DNA from: Bacilli bacterium
Lineage (GTDB): Bacteria > Bacillota_I > Bacilli_A > RF39 > UBA660
Reading direction: 5' to 3'
Assembly: GCA_045125935.1 (NCBI GenBank)
Contig: JBGVNW010000068.1
Span: forward strand, 133,746 to 197,745
Length of the DNA: 64,000 nt
The notes beneath the pieces were generated by a model, which saw only the letters and a list, made by a program, of their open reading frames with translations, was not told the origin of the DNA and ran no database searches. A program made the position numbers and the translations under genes. This document shows positions 34,957 through 44,994 of this stretch, one piece after another (positions within the stretch are counted from its first letter, which is position 1; every line of letters starts with the position of its first letter).

Positions 34957-36621
34957 TTATTTTCTTATTTTTTTCCAAATATATGTTCCATCAGGTTTAT
35001 ATTCTTTAACAATAGTTCCATTTCTAATACCTTCTCGCAATTTTTGAATCATTGATGTTTTGTTTAAATTATCTTTGGGATTAATATTATCAGACATTTT
35101 ATTACCAAAATATATGCGATCTAAAATATCAAAGTGATTGAATTTTATTAGAGGAATATCAATAGTGCTCCATTTTGCATTTAATATACCATCTTCTAAA
35201 TCTCTTTTTGTTTTTACCTCTTTTTTATATATACATTTCTCTGGATTTTCTTCAGAACATCTCCAAGGAACAAATACTTCATCATCTTGTTGATATATAT
35301 TAAAATATGCCAAATCCATATTGAAAGGATGTTCTATGTGGCTAAAATTATTAACCATATTCAAAAAATTATTTTTATTAAATACAAACGGAACATGTGA
35401 ACAATAATTTTTTTTACAACTTTTACCAAAATGTTTTATACAATCAATAGCATTCAACACACCATCTCCCCACACATTTCCTCTTTTATATTTAAAAACA
35501 TCTTTCTTAACATACTTACTATGCTTACAGTCCTCATATGTAAATGGGTTTAAAGCATATGTATCATCCCAATGTATAATTGCCTCTTCACAATCTATGT
35601 TTTCAAAAGCATATTTTACTCTATTTGTATTATCGGCAAATCTTCCAACACTTGTATTTTTAGCAATTTCCAATCGTGGCAAAACCATTATATCAATATT
35701 TTCACAATCCAATTCTATAGGTTTATCACTAATGATATGTATAATATGCTTCTCTGTAAAAAATTTATTAATACCTGTTATACAATATTTAAGTTCTCTA
35801 TTATCGTTTTGTGGATCATCAGAAAATTCCGCAATATATGGTATAAAAATATGATGTAAATTATTTCTATTATAGAAATTAAATGAATTTTTATAATCTG
35901 TTCCAGTCACTTCATTTATTCTATTAATATGGAGATTCATTAAATCTTCTCTTCTTACATATCTATTTAATTTTCCACTAGGTTCAACTTCATTATAAAC
36001 ACACTTTTTAGCAATTTCAACAGTATCATAATATTTACATTCTTGTGGTATATATCCATTCAACCATTCTAACATTGCATAACAAGTGTCATCATTATTA
36101 CTTCGCAAAAGCATTTCATCAATATATTCTTCCCAATGATTCATCATTTTTTTAGTAAAAAGACAACCTGCACCCAAATTACCTAACATCTTATTCCTCT
36201 TATATATGTAAGATTTATTCTTATTGTTTATGCCAGATATCGGTTGATAATGTGTTTTATACTCTTCAACTCTCTTCTCTACATAATCTAACGGATACAT
36301 TATATCATCATCCACAGGAATAATAATATCGTAATCATTAAGATATTTAAGAACTGGGAATACTTTTTTCATAGTTTTTGTATTCTTACCTTCAACCCAG
36401 TTAAGTATAAGTTTCTCATTTGTATTAAAGTATTTAACCAAATCTTTTGGTATATCCAATTCTCTATTTGGAAATTCTTCTACACTTAAACTTAAATAAA
36501 AACGATCTGGTTGAAGTGTTCCTCGCATAATATTTTCAACAACAGGTTTGACATTATTAATCCTCTTAATCCAAGATGTCATACAAACAATTATTTTAGA
36601 ATCCATTTTATGTACTTTCAT
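34957..36621 (-). CDS. putative glycosyltransferase paralog with about 300-aa C-terminal extension
   Basis: SWIKRINNVKPVVENIM...DIIIPVDDDIMYP aligns with the 242-aa neighbour (34192-34920). Confidence 0.35.
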   Translation of the reverse strand: MKVHKMDSKIIVCMTSWIKRINNVKPVVENIMRGTLQPDRFYLSLSVEEFPNRELDIPKDLVKYFNTNEKLILNWVEGKNTKTMKKVFPVLKYLNDYDIIIPVDDDIMYPLDYVEKRVEEYKTHYQPISGINNKNKSYIYKRNKMLGNLGAGCLFTKKMMNHWEEYIDEMLLRSNNDDTCYAMLEWLNGYIPQECKYYDTVEIAKKCVYNEVEPSGKLNRYVRREDLMNLHINRINEVTGTDYKNSFNFYNRNNLHHIFIPYIAEFSDDPQNDNRELKYCITGINKFFTEKHIIHIISDKPIELDCENIDIMVLPRLEIAKNTSVGRFADNTNRVKYAFENIDCEEAIIHWDDTYALNPFTYEDCKHSKYVKKDVFKYKRGNVWGDGVLNAIDCIKHFGKSCKKNYCSHVPFVFNKNNFLNMVNNFSHIEHPFNMDLAYFNIYQQDDEVFVPWRCSEENPEKCIYKKEVKTKRDLEDGILNAKWSTIDIPLIKFNHFDILDRIYFGNKMSDNINPKDNLNKTSMIQKLREGIRNGTIVKEYKPDGTYIWKKIRK

Positions 36622-36767
36622 GTATTTAAATATAAAAATAACAAATAAATTATTTTATAATATTATAATATATATTTATGCGGTTTTTTGAATAAATGTT
36701 ATATAAAAAATATCTGTTAATTTTACAAAGTTAAGTATTTTTAAAAACTTTCCTAACAATGCCAAAT

Positions 36768-36812
36768 TATAAAAAAACTCGCTTAAAGTATTGACTTTAA
36801 ACGAGTTAATAT
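36768..36812 (-). terminator. rho-independent terminator for the 36851-37855 gene
   Basis: On the - strand, aactcgtttaaag-tcaata-ctttaagcgagtt (13-bp stem, 1 mismatch) followed by ttttttt. Confidence 0.55.
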
Positions 36813-36850
36813 TTTTTAATAATTATCACTAACTTTATACTGTGTTAATA

Positions 36851-37855
36851 TTATGAAATCGTGAAACCTTTCGCAGTGATTTGGGTAATCTCTGCTTCCG
36901 TAAGTAGATCCTTTGTGGTGGAACTTAACTTGATTGTAGCACTTGGCAATCCATTGCTTGCTCGGTCGTATGAATATGTGATAAGGCTATCAATTAGTGA
37001 TTGTCTGTTTTCGTTGCTTCCTGTTCCCCATATTACAGCATCATTGAGGTCGATTGTAGTCGCTGATGATTTGCCTATATTTTTGATGAGTACAAAAACT
37101 AATGCATCACAAGAAGAGAATATGTAGTCCGTATATTCTACACTGCTCATATCTATCGATGCAATGTGTGTCAATGATGTGCAATTTTGGAACATAAAAC
37201 CCATATTTTCTGCTTTGCTTGTATCAAGTTGTGGAATAGATGTTAAAGCAAAACAATCTTTAAACATTGCTTCCATATTTACCACATTGCTTGTATCAAG
37301 TTGTGGGATGCTTTGCAATGCAAAGCAAGAATCAAACATTGAATTCATGTATTCCACATTGCTTGTATCAAGTTGTGGGATGGTTGTTAATGCCGTACAA
37401 TAACTGAACATCTCATCCATGTATTCCACATTGCTTGTGTCAAGTTGTGGGATAGATACCAATGATGAACAACCAGAGAACATACCATTCATACTTATCA
37501 CATTGCTTGTGTCAATTAATGGCATATATTTGACCCAAAAGTTGTTTGAATAGTAATAATCAGCAGATTCATTGTTCGCATCCCACGCATCAAACAATGC
37601 TTGAGAATACTCCAAGTCATCGTAGAATTGATTCTCTACACTCTTGATTTCTTCGTTAGTGTATCCTATCTCGGTAAGTCGTGCGAAACTATTGGTGCTT
37701 ACATTGCCACCACCACCACTAATCCCACTTATAGCACTTGCCCAAGTAGTTATATCTCCTTCAATAGTACAACCTTTATCTATAATTGCTTGCTTAATAG
37801 CATCGGTACTATTTTTTAATATTTGTAAATTTTCACTAATTGTTGCCATAATCAT
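36851..37855 (-). CDS. DUF285-like (26-residue surface repeat) tail/adhesin protein
   Basis: Five NVxxMxxMFxxCxxLxSIPQLDTSNVEYM repeats, encoded by near-identical 75-nt DNA repeats at about 37200-37530. Confidence 0.55.
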   Translation of the reverse strand: MIMATISENLQILKNSTDAIKQAIIDKGCTIEGDITTWASAISGISGGGGNVSTNSFARLTEIGYTNEEIKSVENQFYDDLEYSQALFDAWDANNESADYYYSNNFWVKYMPLIDTSNVISMNGMFSGCSSLVSIPQLDTSNVEYMDEMFSYCTALTTIPQLDTSNVEYMNSMFDSCFALQSIPQLDTSNVVNMEAMFKDCFALTSIPQLDTSKAENMGFMFQNCTSLTHIASIDMSSVEYTDYIFSSCDALVFVLIKNIGKSSATTIDLNDAVIWGTGSNENRQSLIDSLITYSYDRASNGLPSATIKLSSTTKDLLTEAEITQITAKGFTIS

Positions 37856-40611
37856 TAACCATTAAATTTGTAAATATATTTACTATCACTTTCTGGAGTT
37901 ATTACAACATTGGTAAACTCATATGCTGCAGTAAGTGTTTCATCTATCTTGGTATTGCCTTTACTAATATGACAAATTAATGTTTGATCCCCTTTTGATG
38001 GGTGATAGTAATCCGCTGTAATTGTAATATCACTCTCTACTGGGTATAGACTATAAAAATAATTCCATTCTGCTGCTCTTGTTGGTAAACCATATGAAAT
38101 TGGATTTTCTTCCTGTTGAGTATTTGCACCGCCGCTAATAATACTTTCAAGAACACTATTAATATCTCCAACTAATCCATCAACATATGTTTTATCAACT
38201 TTCTCACTCAACTTATGTTCACCCGCCACAAAATCTTTTGCATAAACTGCTTCAGAAGCGACTTTCATACCAATATTACCACTTTCGTCGGCGATATTGA
38301 GTTCGCCTGTTTCATCCTCTGATACTGGCACATTATTTATGGAAGAATAGTCAATAGTCTTCAAGTCATATTCTGTAGCATAGTTTCTATTGTTTACCCA
38401 TTCTTTTGATGCATAACCATCTAATGAAGGTATATCTTCTGTTTTAGCATAACCATCTAAACTTGGAATATCACTTGTTTTAGCATATCCATCAAGGGAG
38501 GGTATATCTTCTGTTTTAGCAAATTCATCAAAATTAGGAAGGTCTTCTGACTTAACCAAACCGTCTAACGAAGGGATATCTTCTGTCTTAACATATCCAT
38601 CAAGACTTGGAATATCAGAAGCATTTGCTTTTTCAGATAGTTTATGTTCACCTGCTATTACATCAGTTACTCTCAAACCTTCTTCATTGATTTGGAAACC
38701 CACATTGCCCGATTCATCAACGAAGTTTATCATTCCGCTATCATCAATATGAATAGGAGAATCTTGAATATCGTTAAAAGATATTTCCAATAAATCTTCT
38801 TGATGAGCATATCCTTGTGATTCCACCCAATTTCTTGATGCCAAATGAGAAATGTTCTGATGTTCTGTTAAGAAACCTTTATCGTTTAATTCGGTTTCAG
38901 TTACATATTCTTCAGGAATTTCTAAAACAGGTACATCATTAATTGTGATGAAACCACTGTCATTTGTTAATTCAGATGTTTTAGTTGGAACAGTAACTTC
39001 AGGAACTTCATCAATAGTAATGAATTTTGAATCATTCTCTAATTCAGATACCTTTGTAGGAACTGTTGGTAATTCTGCTTTAGTTGCAAGATGTGATATA
39101 TCTTGATGTTCTGTTAAATAACCCTTATCATTTTCCAATTCAGATACCTTTGTTGGAACAGTAACTTCAGGAACATCATTAATTGTAATGAAACCACTAT
39201 CATTTGTCAAATCAGATGTCTTTGTAGGCAATTCAGATTTTTCTGCTAAATGAGAAATATCTTGATGTTCTTTAAGGAATCCCTGTTCATTTACCCATTG
39301 TTCAGTAGCGAATCCGTCAAGACTAACTTGACCACCCGTTACTGCTTCGGTAATCTTCTTATCAACAGTTGATTTATTATAATAGTTATCCTCAACAAAT
39401 GATTTATCTGCTTTACTTGAAAGTATATGTTCAGGTGTTACCACATCCTTTGCAATAATACCTTCTTCGGTAACTTTTAATCCAATATAACCTGTTTCAT
39501 CAACAAATGTAATTGAACCCGCTTCACCATCTACAATAGGATTATCCTTAATTGTATAGAAGTTGATATTGTCGGTATATTCTTGAGCATCTGTTAATAC
39601 CTTTGCATCTGCTGCTTTATATGCTACATCAAGATTAGTTATATCTGTCGCATTCTTCTGAATTGCGGTGTTCATTGCAGATGCATCTTCTGGATGTGAT
39701 TTAATCCATGCAGACATTTCAGCAAGTGTATCATACGCATCAGTTGCTGTTTCAGAAACTAATGTTTCAGTTAATACTTCAACAGCAATATCTCTAACTG
39801 ATTTATCAGCATCTGTATCTATAAGTGTATTTACCTTTCCTTGTAATTCGGTAACAACAGACATATCAACCAAATCAGACACTTCATCTTTGGTTGCATA
39901 GTTTTCTAATGTAGTATTTACATAAGATTCAGTTGCATAACCATCTAATGAAGGTATATCTGATTTATCCGCTTTTTGAGAAAGTGTATGACCATCAGCA
40001 ATAACATCCTTTACATAAAGTCCATCTTCTTCTAATTGCAAACCAATATAACCATTTTCATCAACGAATAATAGTTTACCATCACCGTTATTTACTATTG
40101 GGTTATCTTTGATATTATAGAAGTCAATGTTAGATACTTCTTCTTTTGTTGCCAAATGTGAAATGTCTTGATGCTCTGTTAAATAGTTTTTATCTTCTAC
40201 CCATTCTTCAGTAGCATATCCTGTTAAATCAACTTTACCTTCTGTTGCTGCTTTGGTAATTTCAGCAGTTACCCAAGATTCTTTAGCATAACCATTCAAT
40301 GCCGATGAATCAATCTTATCAGTGAGTTTATGATTACCTGCAATAAAATCAACTGAATGAATACCATCTGCATCTATTTTAGCAATGATATTACCTGCTT
40401 CATCAACTATATTTAACTCTCCACTTCCATCTTGTAGAAATGGATTATCCTTCAAACTATCAAATGTGATATTATCTACTCTTTGTGAGAGTTCATTTGT
40501 CACATTAGGAGATATTGGAACATACCCAAGTGCTTTGAATATGTTCTCAGTATTTAATTCTCCTGATATTTGAAGTAGTTTATCTTGTAATTGTATATAA
40601 AATGTTGCCAT
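37855..40611 (-). CDS. large tail fibre protein with modular repeats
   Basis: 918 aa with repeated blocks (FLTEHQDISHLATK x4, TVPTKVSELENDxGF, IPSLDGYAKTEDIPSLDGY 12-aa repeats). The start overlaps the stop of the downstream gene by 1 nt. Confidence 0.6.
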   Translation of the reverse strand: MATFYIQLQDKLLQISGELNTENIFKALGYVPISPNVTNELSQRVDNITFDSLKDNPFLQDGSGELNIVDEAGNIIAKIDADGIHSVDFIAGNHKLTDKIDSSALNGYAKESWVTAEITKAATEGKVDLTGYATEEWVEDKNYLTEHQDISHLATKEEVSNIDFYNIKDNPIVNNGDGKLLFVDENGYIGLQLEEDGLYVKDVIADGHTLSQKADKSDIPSLDGYATESYVNTTLENYATKDEVSDLVDMSVVTELQGKVNTLIDTDADKSVRDIAVEVLTETLVSETATDAYDTLAEMSAWIKSHPEDASAMNTAIQKNATDITNLDVAYKAADAKVLTDAQEYTDNINFYTIKDNPIVDGEAGSITFVDETGYIGLKVTEEGIIAKDVVTPEHILSSKADKSFVEDNYYNKSTVDKKITEAVTGGQVSLDGFATEQWVNEQGFLKEHQDISHLAEKSELPTKTSDLTNDSGFITINDVPEVTVPTKVSELENDKGYLTEHQDISHLATKAELPTVPTKVSELENDSKFITIDEVPEVTVPTKTSELTNDSGFITINDVPVLEIPEEYVTETELNDKGFLTEHQNISHLASRNWVESQGYAHQEDLLEISFNDIQDSPIHIDDSGMINFVDESGNVGFQINEEGLRVTDVIAGEHKLSEKANASDIPSLDGYVKTEDIPSLDGLVKSEDLPNFDEFAKTEDIPSLDGYAKTSDIPSLDGYAKTEDIPSLDGYASKEWVNNRNYATEYDLKTIDYSSINNVPVSEDETGELNIADESGNIGMKVASEAVYAKDFVAGEHKLSEKVDKTYVDGLVGDINSVLESIISGGANTQQEENPISYGLPTRAAEWNYFYSLYPVESDITITADYYHPSKGDQTLICHISKGNTKIDETLTAAYEFTNVVITPESDSKYIYKFNG

Positions 40612-40625
40612 ATATTAAATTGGTA

Positions 40626-41573
40626 TTATCTTATGTCACCGCTACAAATGTGTGTGACTCTATTTTGGGGATAATCAAATGGTATATTTTTAGAATTAGC
40701 AAATTCACCAAGTTTAATCAAAGCATTTTTTATTGCTGTATGAGATTGGGTTTCGTGTGTAAATACAACAAAACAATTCCAAGTATTCATAAACATCTTA
40801 TTTGAATATCTTCTTTCTAATTCTGCTGTTATATCACCTGTATTACTTGGTGTGTGATATGGTGTTCCAGCAACCACAAGACTAAATCCAGCACCATTAA
40901 ACCAATCCAGTCTCAAATCTGTACGATAAAATACTAATCCATTTGTGTAATCTGAAATATGGTCATTTTCCATACCATTTTTTTCATACAAAAAAGTAAC
41001 ATTTTCTTCTGAAAAATGATATGAGGTTCTTGCATCATCTGCACTCAAAAATCCTAATGCACCAAGTTTAGCATCACGCATACCTGTAATAGCATTTTTA
41101 CTACCATAAAATTGATGTAATCTTGGCATTCTATCTATTGCCTCAAGTGAACCTGTTAGTTTGAAAATAATATCTACCATCGATTCCCAATCTGCAAGTC
41201 CTTGTTCATATGATGAATTTTGGTAATTACCACCATTAAAAGAATGCAAACCCCATTTTAACCAATTTGCAGTTTCGCCACCTAATTCTTTCTGATATTT
41301 AGTAGACACACTTGATGGTTTAGTTTGTAAATATAGAGAAAAAACAAAACCATATTTTTCGTGCATTTCTTTAAGCATCGCAAGAAAAGAATTATCCCAA
41401 GCACTATTCAAAGAACCTGATGCCAATGCATTTATTGTTGATGTTACATCATCAAACGACATATGAATACATTGAGAGTTTAATTTATTAGAATTAATCA
41501 AAATTTTATCCTCTATATTATTCAAATGTTCTGCATTTAATACCTGTCCGTCTGTAAAAATTTGTTTATTCAT
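40626..41573 (-). CDS. polysaccharide deacetylase (CE4/NodB)-like enzyme with fibre-like N-terminus
   Basis: The motifs come in CE4 order: HMSFDD (TFDDG-like), WGLHSF, RMPRLHQFYG, DLRLDW (DxxDW-like), VVFTHE (LxH-like). Confidence 0.45.
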   Translation of the reverse strand: MNKQIFTDGQVLNAEHLNNIEDKILINSNKLNSQCIHMSFDDVTSTINALASGSLNSAWDNSFLAMLKEMHEKYGFVFSLYLQTKPSSVSTKYQKELGGETANWLKWGLHSFNGGNYQNSSYEQGLADWESMVDIIFKLTGSLEAIDRMPRLHQFYGSKNAITGMRDAKLGALGFLSADDARTSYHFSEENVTFLYEKNGMENDHISDYTNGLVFYRTDLRLDWFNGAGFSLVVAGTPYHTPSNTGDITAELERRYSNKMFMNTWNCFVVFTHETQSHTAIKNALIKLGEFANSKNIPFDYPQNRVTHICSGDIR

Positions 41574-41590
41574 AATTTATAGTTTTGTTT

Positions 41591-42364
41591 TTATGAGATT
41601 ATGAAATTATTTTTAATTGTTTCAATTTCATCTGCTGTAAAGTCAGTAGTACCACCATCATTCTTAAATGCAATAAATAAGTATTTAACTTCTGAAGGTA
41701 TTACTTTAGATGCAGTTTCCCACTTCTTCATTGTAAACACTTGGTCACTTTGGTTTGCTTTTGTATCAGTATTATTTGCAAATGCTATTGTTGAATAGTA
41801 TACAGCTTTACCTTCAAATGGTTGATTTAATGTTATTGTTTCCCCTCCATTAACCTTTAACACATATCCAACACTTACTGCACGACCCTTAACATCTTTT
41901 GGTTTGAAAGGAGAATCACCATTAAATGCTTTGCCTATAATAAATTGCATATCTGCAATGTTATCAACAACTACTGCATCACCATTTACAAATGTAAGAG
42001 TAGTGCCTGCGCCTGGTGTTTCAGGTTCCTCTGGTTTTACTGGTGTATCTGGTTCATCCTCACCTATATTCTCATTAATAGTAGCAACAACAATTCTCAC
42101 ATTACCTGTAACCTCTGCAATAGAAATTGTCATAACATTATCTACCACAGTTGGTGTAATAACCTCACCACCCATAGTTACAGAATATGTACCAAATGTA
42201 TATCCCTCATCAAGAGTAATTGTCCAATTTACACTCGAATTCTTATCAACAAAATTCGGAATGTCAAATGTAGCACCACTACCAATGCTTTTAGAAATTA
42301 TGTAGGTACTTAATGTACCAATGTTTGCAGAACTGAAGTCTGCCCCTTTAATTGTTATTATCAT
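41591..42364 (-). CDS. hypothetical beta-rich protein
   Basis: ORF of 257 aa with a Pro/Glu-rich linker EDEPDTPVKPEEPETPG. Confidence 0.45.
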   Translation of the reverse strand: MIITIKGADFSSANIGTLSTYIISKSIGSGATFDIPNFVDKNSSVNWTITLDEGYTFGTYSVTMGGEVITPTVVDNVMTISIAEVTGNVRIVVATINENIGEDEPDTPVKPEEPETPGAGTTLTFVNGDAVVVDNIADMQFIIGKAFNGDSPFKPKDVKGRAVSVGYVLKVNGGETITLNQPFEGKAVYYSTIAFANNTDTKANQSDQVFTMKKWETASKVIPSEVKYLFIAFKNDGGTTDFTADEIETIKNNFIIS

Positions 42365-42388
42365 ATTTTTATTATAATTTTTATTTTA

Positions 42389-42766
42389 TTATTTTTGTCC
42401 TAATAACATTTGACCTAAAATAGCAGTTCCAAGCAATGCGGAAATAGTCGCTCCACCTTCTTCTGTTTCACTACCATCCAAAATAATAACAAGAGCACCC
42501 ATAGCAATCTTACCTTCAGCATATGCAGTATCATACTCATCTTGTGTACCTACAAATACTCTACTTTGAAGAACATCATCTACATATGGCTTTTCAGCAA
42601 GATTAGAAATATCACCATCACCAAGAATAGATTGTCCATTTATCGTCTTAATATTGCTTCCACTAATTAAAGAATCTTGCTTCCCATCAACAACTTGTGA
42701 TAATTTATCATGATAATGCTGTATATTGTCAAATGTTACTAACTTTTTTTCAGTTAATACACTCAT
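42389..42766 (-). CDS. short fibre-like protein
   Basis: IKTINGQSILGDGDIS is shared with the protein at 24959-26566; the N-terminus has a degenerate YHDKL anchor-like motif. Confidence 0.4.
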   Translation of the reverse strand: MSVLTEKKLVTFDNIQHYHDKLSQVVDGKQDSLISGSNIKTINGQSILGDGDISNLAEKPYVDDVLQSRVFVGTQDEYDTAYAEGKIAMGALVIILDGSETEEGGATISALLGTAILGQMLLGQK

Positions 42767-42835
42767 ATTTTTATGAAATTTTAATCGTATTTTTTAATGG
42801 TGCCACATAATTATGCAGTACCATAACATTATTCA

Positions 42836-43036
42836 TTATGCAAACAAGCCATCAATGTCATCGTTTGTAGCATACTCCAAGTCGTCTGCCTGAAGTGCAG
42901 TAGCACCAGCTGTGGCACCTGAACGAATTGTCTCCAAGTCAGAAATAACATCCTGCTTTGTAGTCAATACATTATTTTTAAGATTCTCATGATATCTATT
43001 TAAACCTGTGATATCAACAATTAATTTGTTCTCCAT
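42836..43036 (-). CDS. mini fibre-anchor paralog (66 aa)
   Basis: The N-terminal DITGLNRYHENLK motif and the C-terminal GATALQADDLEYATNDDIDGLFA are paralogous to 43080-43328. Confidence 0.4.
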   Translation of the reverse strand: MENKLIVDITGLNRYHENLKNNVLTTKQDVISDLETIRSGATAGATALQADDLEYATNDDIDGLFA

Positions 43037-43079
43037 ATTTTTTTATTTTTTATTATATTTGTATAATCGATAATTTGTT

Positions 43080-43328
43080 TTATTTAAAAATACCATCTAT
43101 ATCCCCATCAGTTACAAAACCTAAATCTTCTTCTTGAAGTGCTGTAGCACCCTTATTTGCATTAGATCTTATAGTATCCAAATCAGAAATCCTTTCCTTT
43201 ATCTCATTCACTTTATCATCTATATTATCCGATAAAGCATCACGAACAGATGATATGTACTTTTTAACAAGTTCATCATATTTCTTTAACCCATCATAGT
43301 CTAAATATCTCGATTTGTCCATTATCAT
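43080..43328 (-). CDS. mini fibre-anchor paralog (82 aa)
   Basis: N-terminal YLDYDGLKKYDELVKKYIS anchor motif; C-terminal GATALQEEDLGFVTDGDIDGIFK. Confidence 0.45.
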   Translation of the reverse strand: MIMDKSRYLDYDGLKKYDELVKKYISSVRDALSDNIDDKVNEIKERISDLDTIRSNANKGATALQEEDLGFVTDGDIDGIFK

Positions 43329-43429
43329 ATTTACTATTTTATATAAATGTTTTACTTAAATATTTATGTTTAAATAGGACAATCTGAATTTTTATATTTT
43401 TAAAATTTTTAAAAATAAATTTACATAAA

Positions 43430-43442
43430 TATAATACAAATT
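43430..43442 (+). promoter_or_regulatory. TTTACATAAATAT motif upstream of 43503 gene
   Basis: Part of a 25-nt near-repeat (ttttaaaaataaatttacataaata) also present at 4068-4092. Confidence 0.3.
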
Positions 43443-43502
43443 TCCTAAACATATTATTCGTGGTCTAAACATCCACACATATACAATAAAAAATAATATA
43501 AC

Positions 43503-44036
43503 ATGGAAATTAGCAATAATTCGGGTATCGCGTTTCGGAATGAAAGAGGTATCAATTTTATGAATTACATCGAAGAAAATTACGAATCAATTAAGAGAAA
43601 ACTTAAGAGAGTCCATAATGGATATAAAGAAGTTTTGTTCGATGAAGATGTGTTTCAAGATACTATTTTAAAGGTCAATGAATCACTGAAAGAAAAACAA
43701 TTTAGCAAAGAAGTTCATGAGAAGTATTTTTGTGAATCTTTTAAACGAAACTTATTGCGAGAAAAATTGTATCATTTCAATTCCATGACCGATAAAGTGT
43801 ATGACTTTGAAAATGTAGAAGAGTCTGAAGAAAAATTTATTGAGTCTGAAATTGATTTTAAGTTAGTTGTAGAAACATTGAAAAGAGAGTTTGGTGATGA
43901 TCTGACAGAAATTTATATAGATTGGTTAAAAGGATATAAGATAAAAGAGTTAATTGAAAAATATGAAGTTAAATCCTGTTATTATCACATCAAAAAAATG
44001 AATGAGTTTATTAAAGATTTTTTGAAAAACAATTAA
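43503..44036 (+). CDS. hypothetical protein
   Basis: ORF of 177 aa. Confidence 0.45.
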   Translation: MEISNNSGIAFRNERGINFMNYIEENYESIKRKLKRVHNGYKEVLFDEDVFQDTILKVNESLKEKQFSKEVHEKYFCESFKRNLLREKLYHFNSMTDKVYDFENVEESEEKFIESEIDFKLVVETLKREFGDDLTEIYIDWLKGYKIKELIEKYEVKSCYYHIKKMNEFIKDFLKNN

Positions 44037-44109
44037 ATAAATTATGGAGAAATAATAATTATTATTTCTCCTTTTCTTTTATCATAAATATTATAAATAA
44101 CTATTTAAT

Positions 44110-44835
44110 ATGTCAATAGAAAAACACGATATTGTTATACCTTTAGGTGTTAAAAGTTTCGAAAATGAAAATTTTGAAATAAAAGTTGCTGTTGCAAGCA
44201 TAAGAAAATATTGTAAGTTTGTTAATAGAATAATCATCGTTTCTCAAATCAAACCAATAAAAGAATTAGGAGATGATATTGTGTGGGTATATCAAGACGA
44301 TATATATTCACATGATAAAGATGCTAATATAATTGAAAAGGTAAGAGCGGCGATTGAAAAAATACCAGACTTGACAGATGACTTCATAATGTGGAGTGAT
44401 GATCAATTTATCACAAAAGATACTTATTGGGAAGATACTACACCAAGATATATGAAAATATACGACAAATCCACTAAACATTGGTTTGATGAAATGGCAA
44501 AAAAACGATTGTGGTATAGACGATTGATAAAATGCTTTGAAAGATTCCCAAATAACGGTTTCGGGTGTAAATTCTTTAACCCACATATACCAAGTCCTTT
44601 AAATAAATATAAATTTATTGATATGTGTAAAGAGTATCCATATCAAACAGAGAATGGAATAACAATCTATGATTTATATTATAATTTTATTTGTGAAGAA
44701 GGCGTTCCAAATTTTGATGAATATCATGTAGAAAAAGGAGAATTGGACTGGAAAGATTGTAGATGGGTTGGATATTTTAATTCAAGTATGAGAGTATTAC
44801 CGTTTAGAAATAAATTAAAAAAAATGTTTTTATAA
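44110..44835 (+). CDS. hypothetical protein (possible sugar/polysaccharide-modifying enzyme)
   Basis: ORF of 241 aa; HDIVIPLGVK...IMWSDDQFI is weakly reminiscent of polysaccharide-biosynthesis accessory enzymes. Low confidence. Confidence 0.35.
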   Translation: MSIEKHDIVIPLGVKSFENENFEIKVAVASIRKYCKFVNRIIIVSQIKPIKELGDDIVWVYQDDIYSHDKDANIIEKVRAAIEKIPDLTDDFIMWSDDQFITKDTYWEDTTPRYMKIYDKSTKHWFDEMAKKRLWYRRLIKCFERFPNNGFGCKFFNPHIPSPLNKYKFIDMCKEYPYQTENGITIYDLYYNFICEEGVPNFDEYHVEKGELDWKDCRWVGYFNSSMRVLPFRNKLKKMFL

Positions 44836-44994
44836 AAAATAAAGAGTGGAATTTATATTCTTAATTTTATTAATTCTATTAAAATTTATATAATATATAT
44901 AACAAAATAAATATAAATATCTATTATAAAATAGAAATAAGTATTAAAAATATTTTCCATAAATACTGTATAAAAGATATTAAAATATTAAACT

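Noticed and set aside
42836-43328. Stop-codon reassignment or a single interrupted fibre gene across the mini-fibre ORFs
   Set aside because: All very long ORFs in the window (2573+, 1401, 1090, 918 aa) are uninterrupted in the standard code, and each mini ORF begins with its own Met plus the anchor motif. They are therefore tandem paralogs, not one gene split by a recoded stop.
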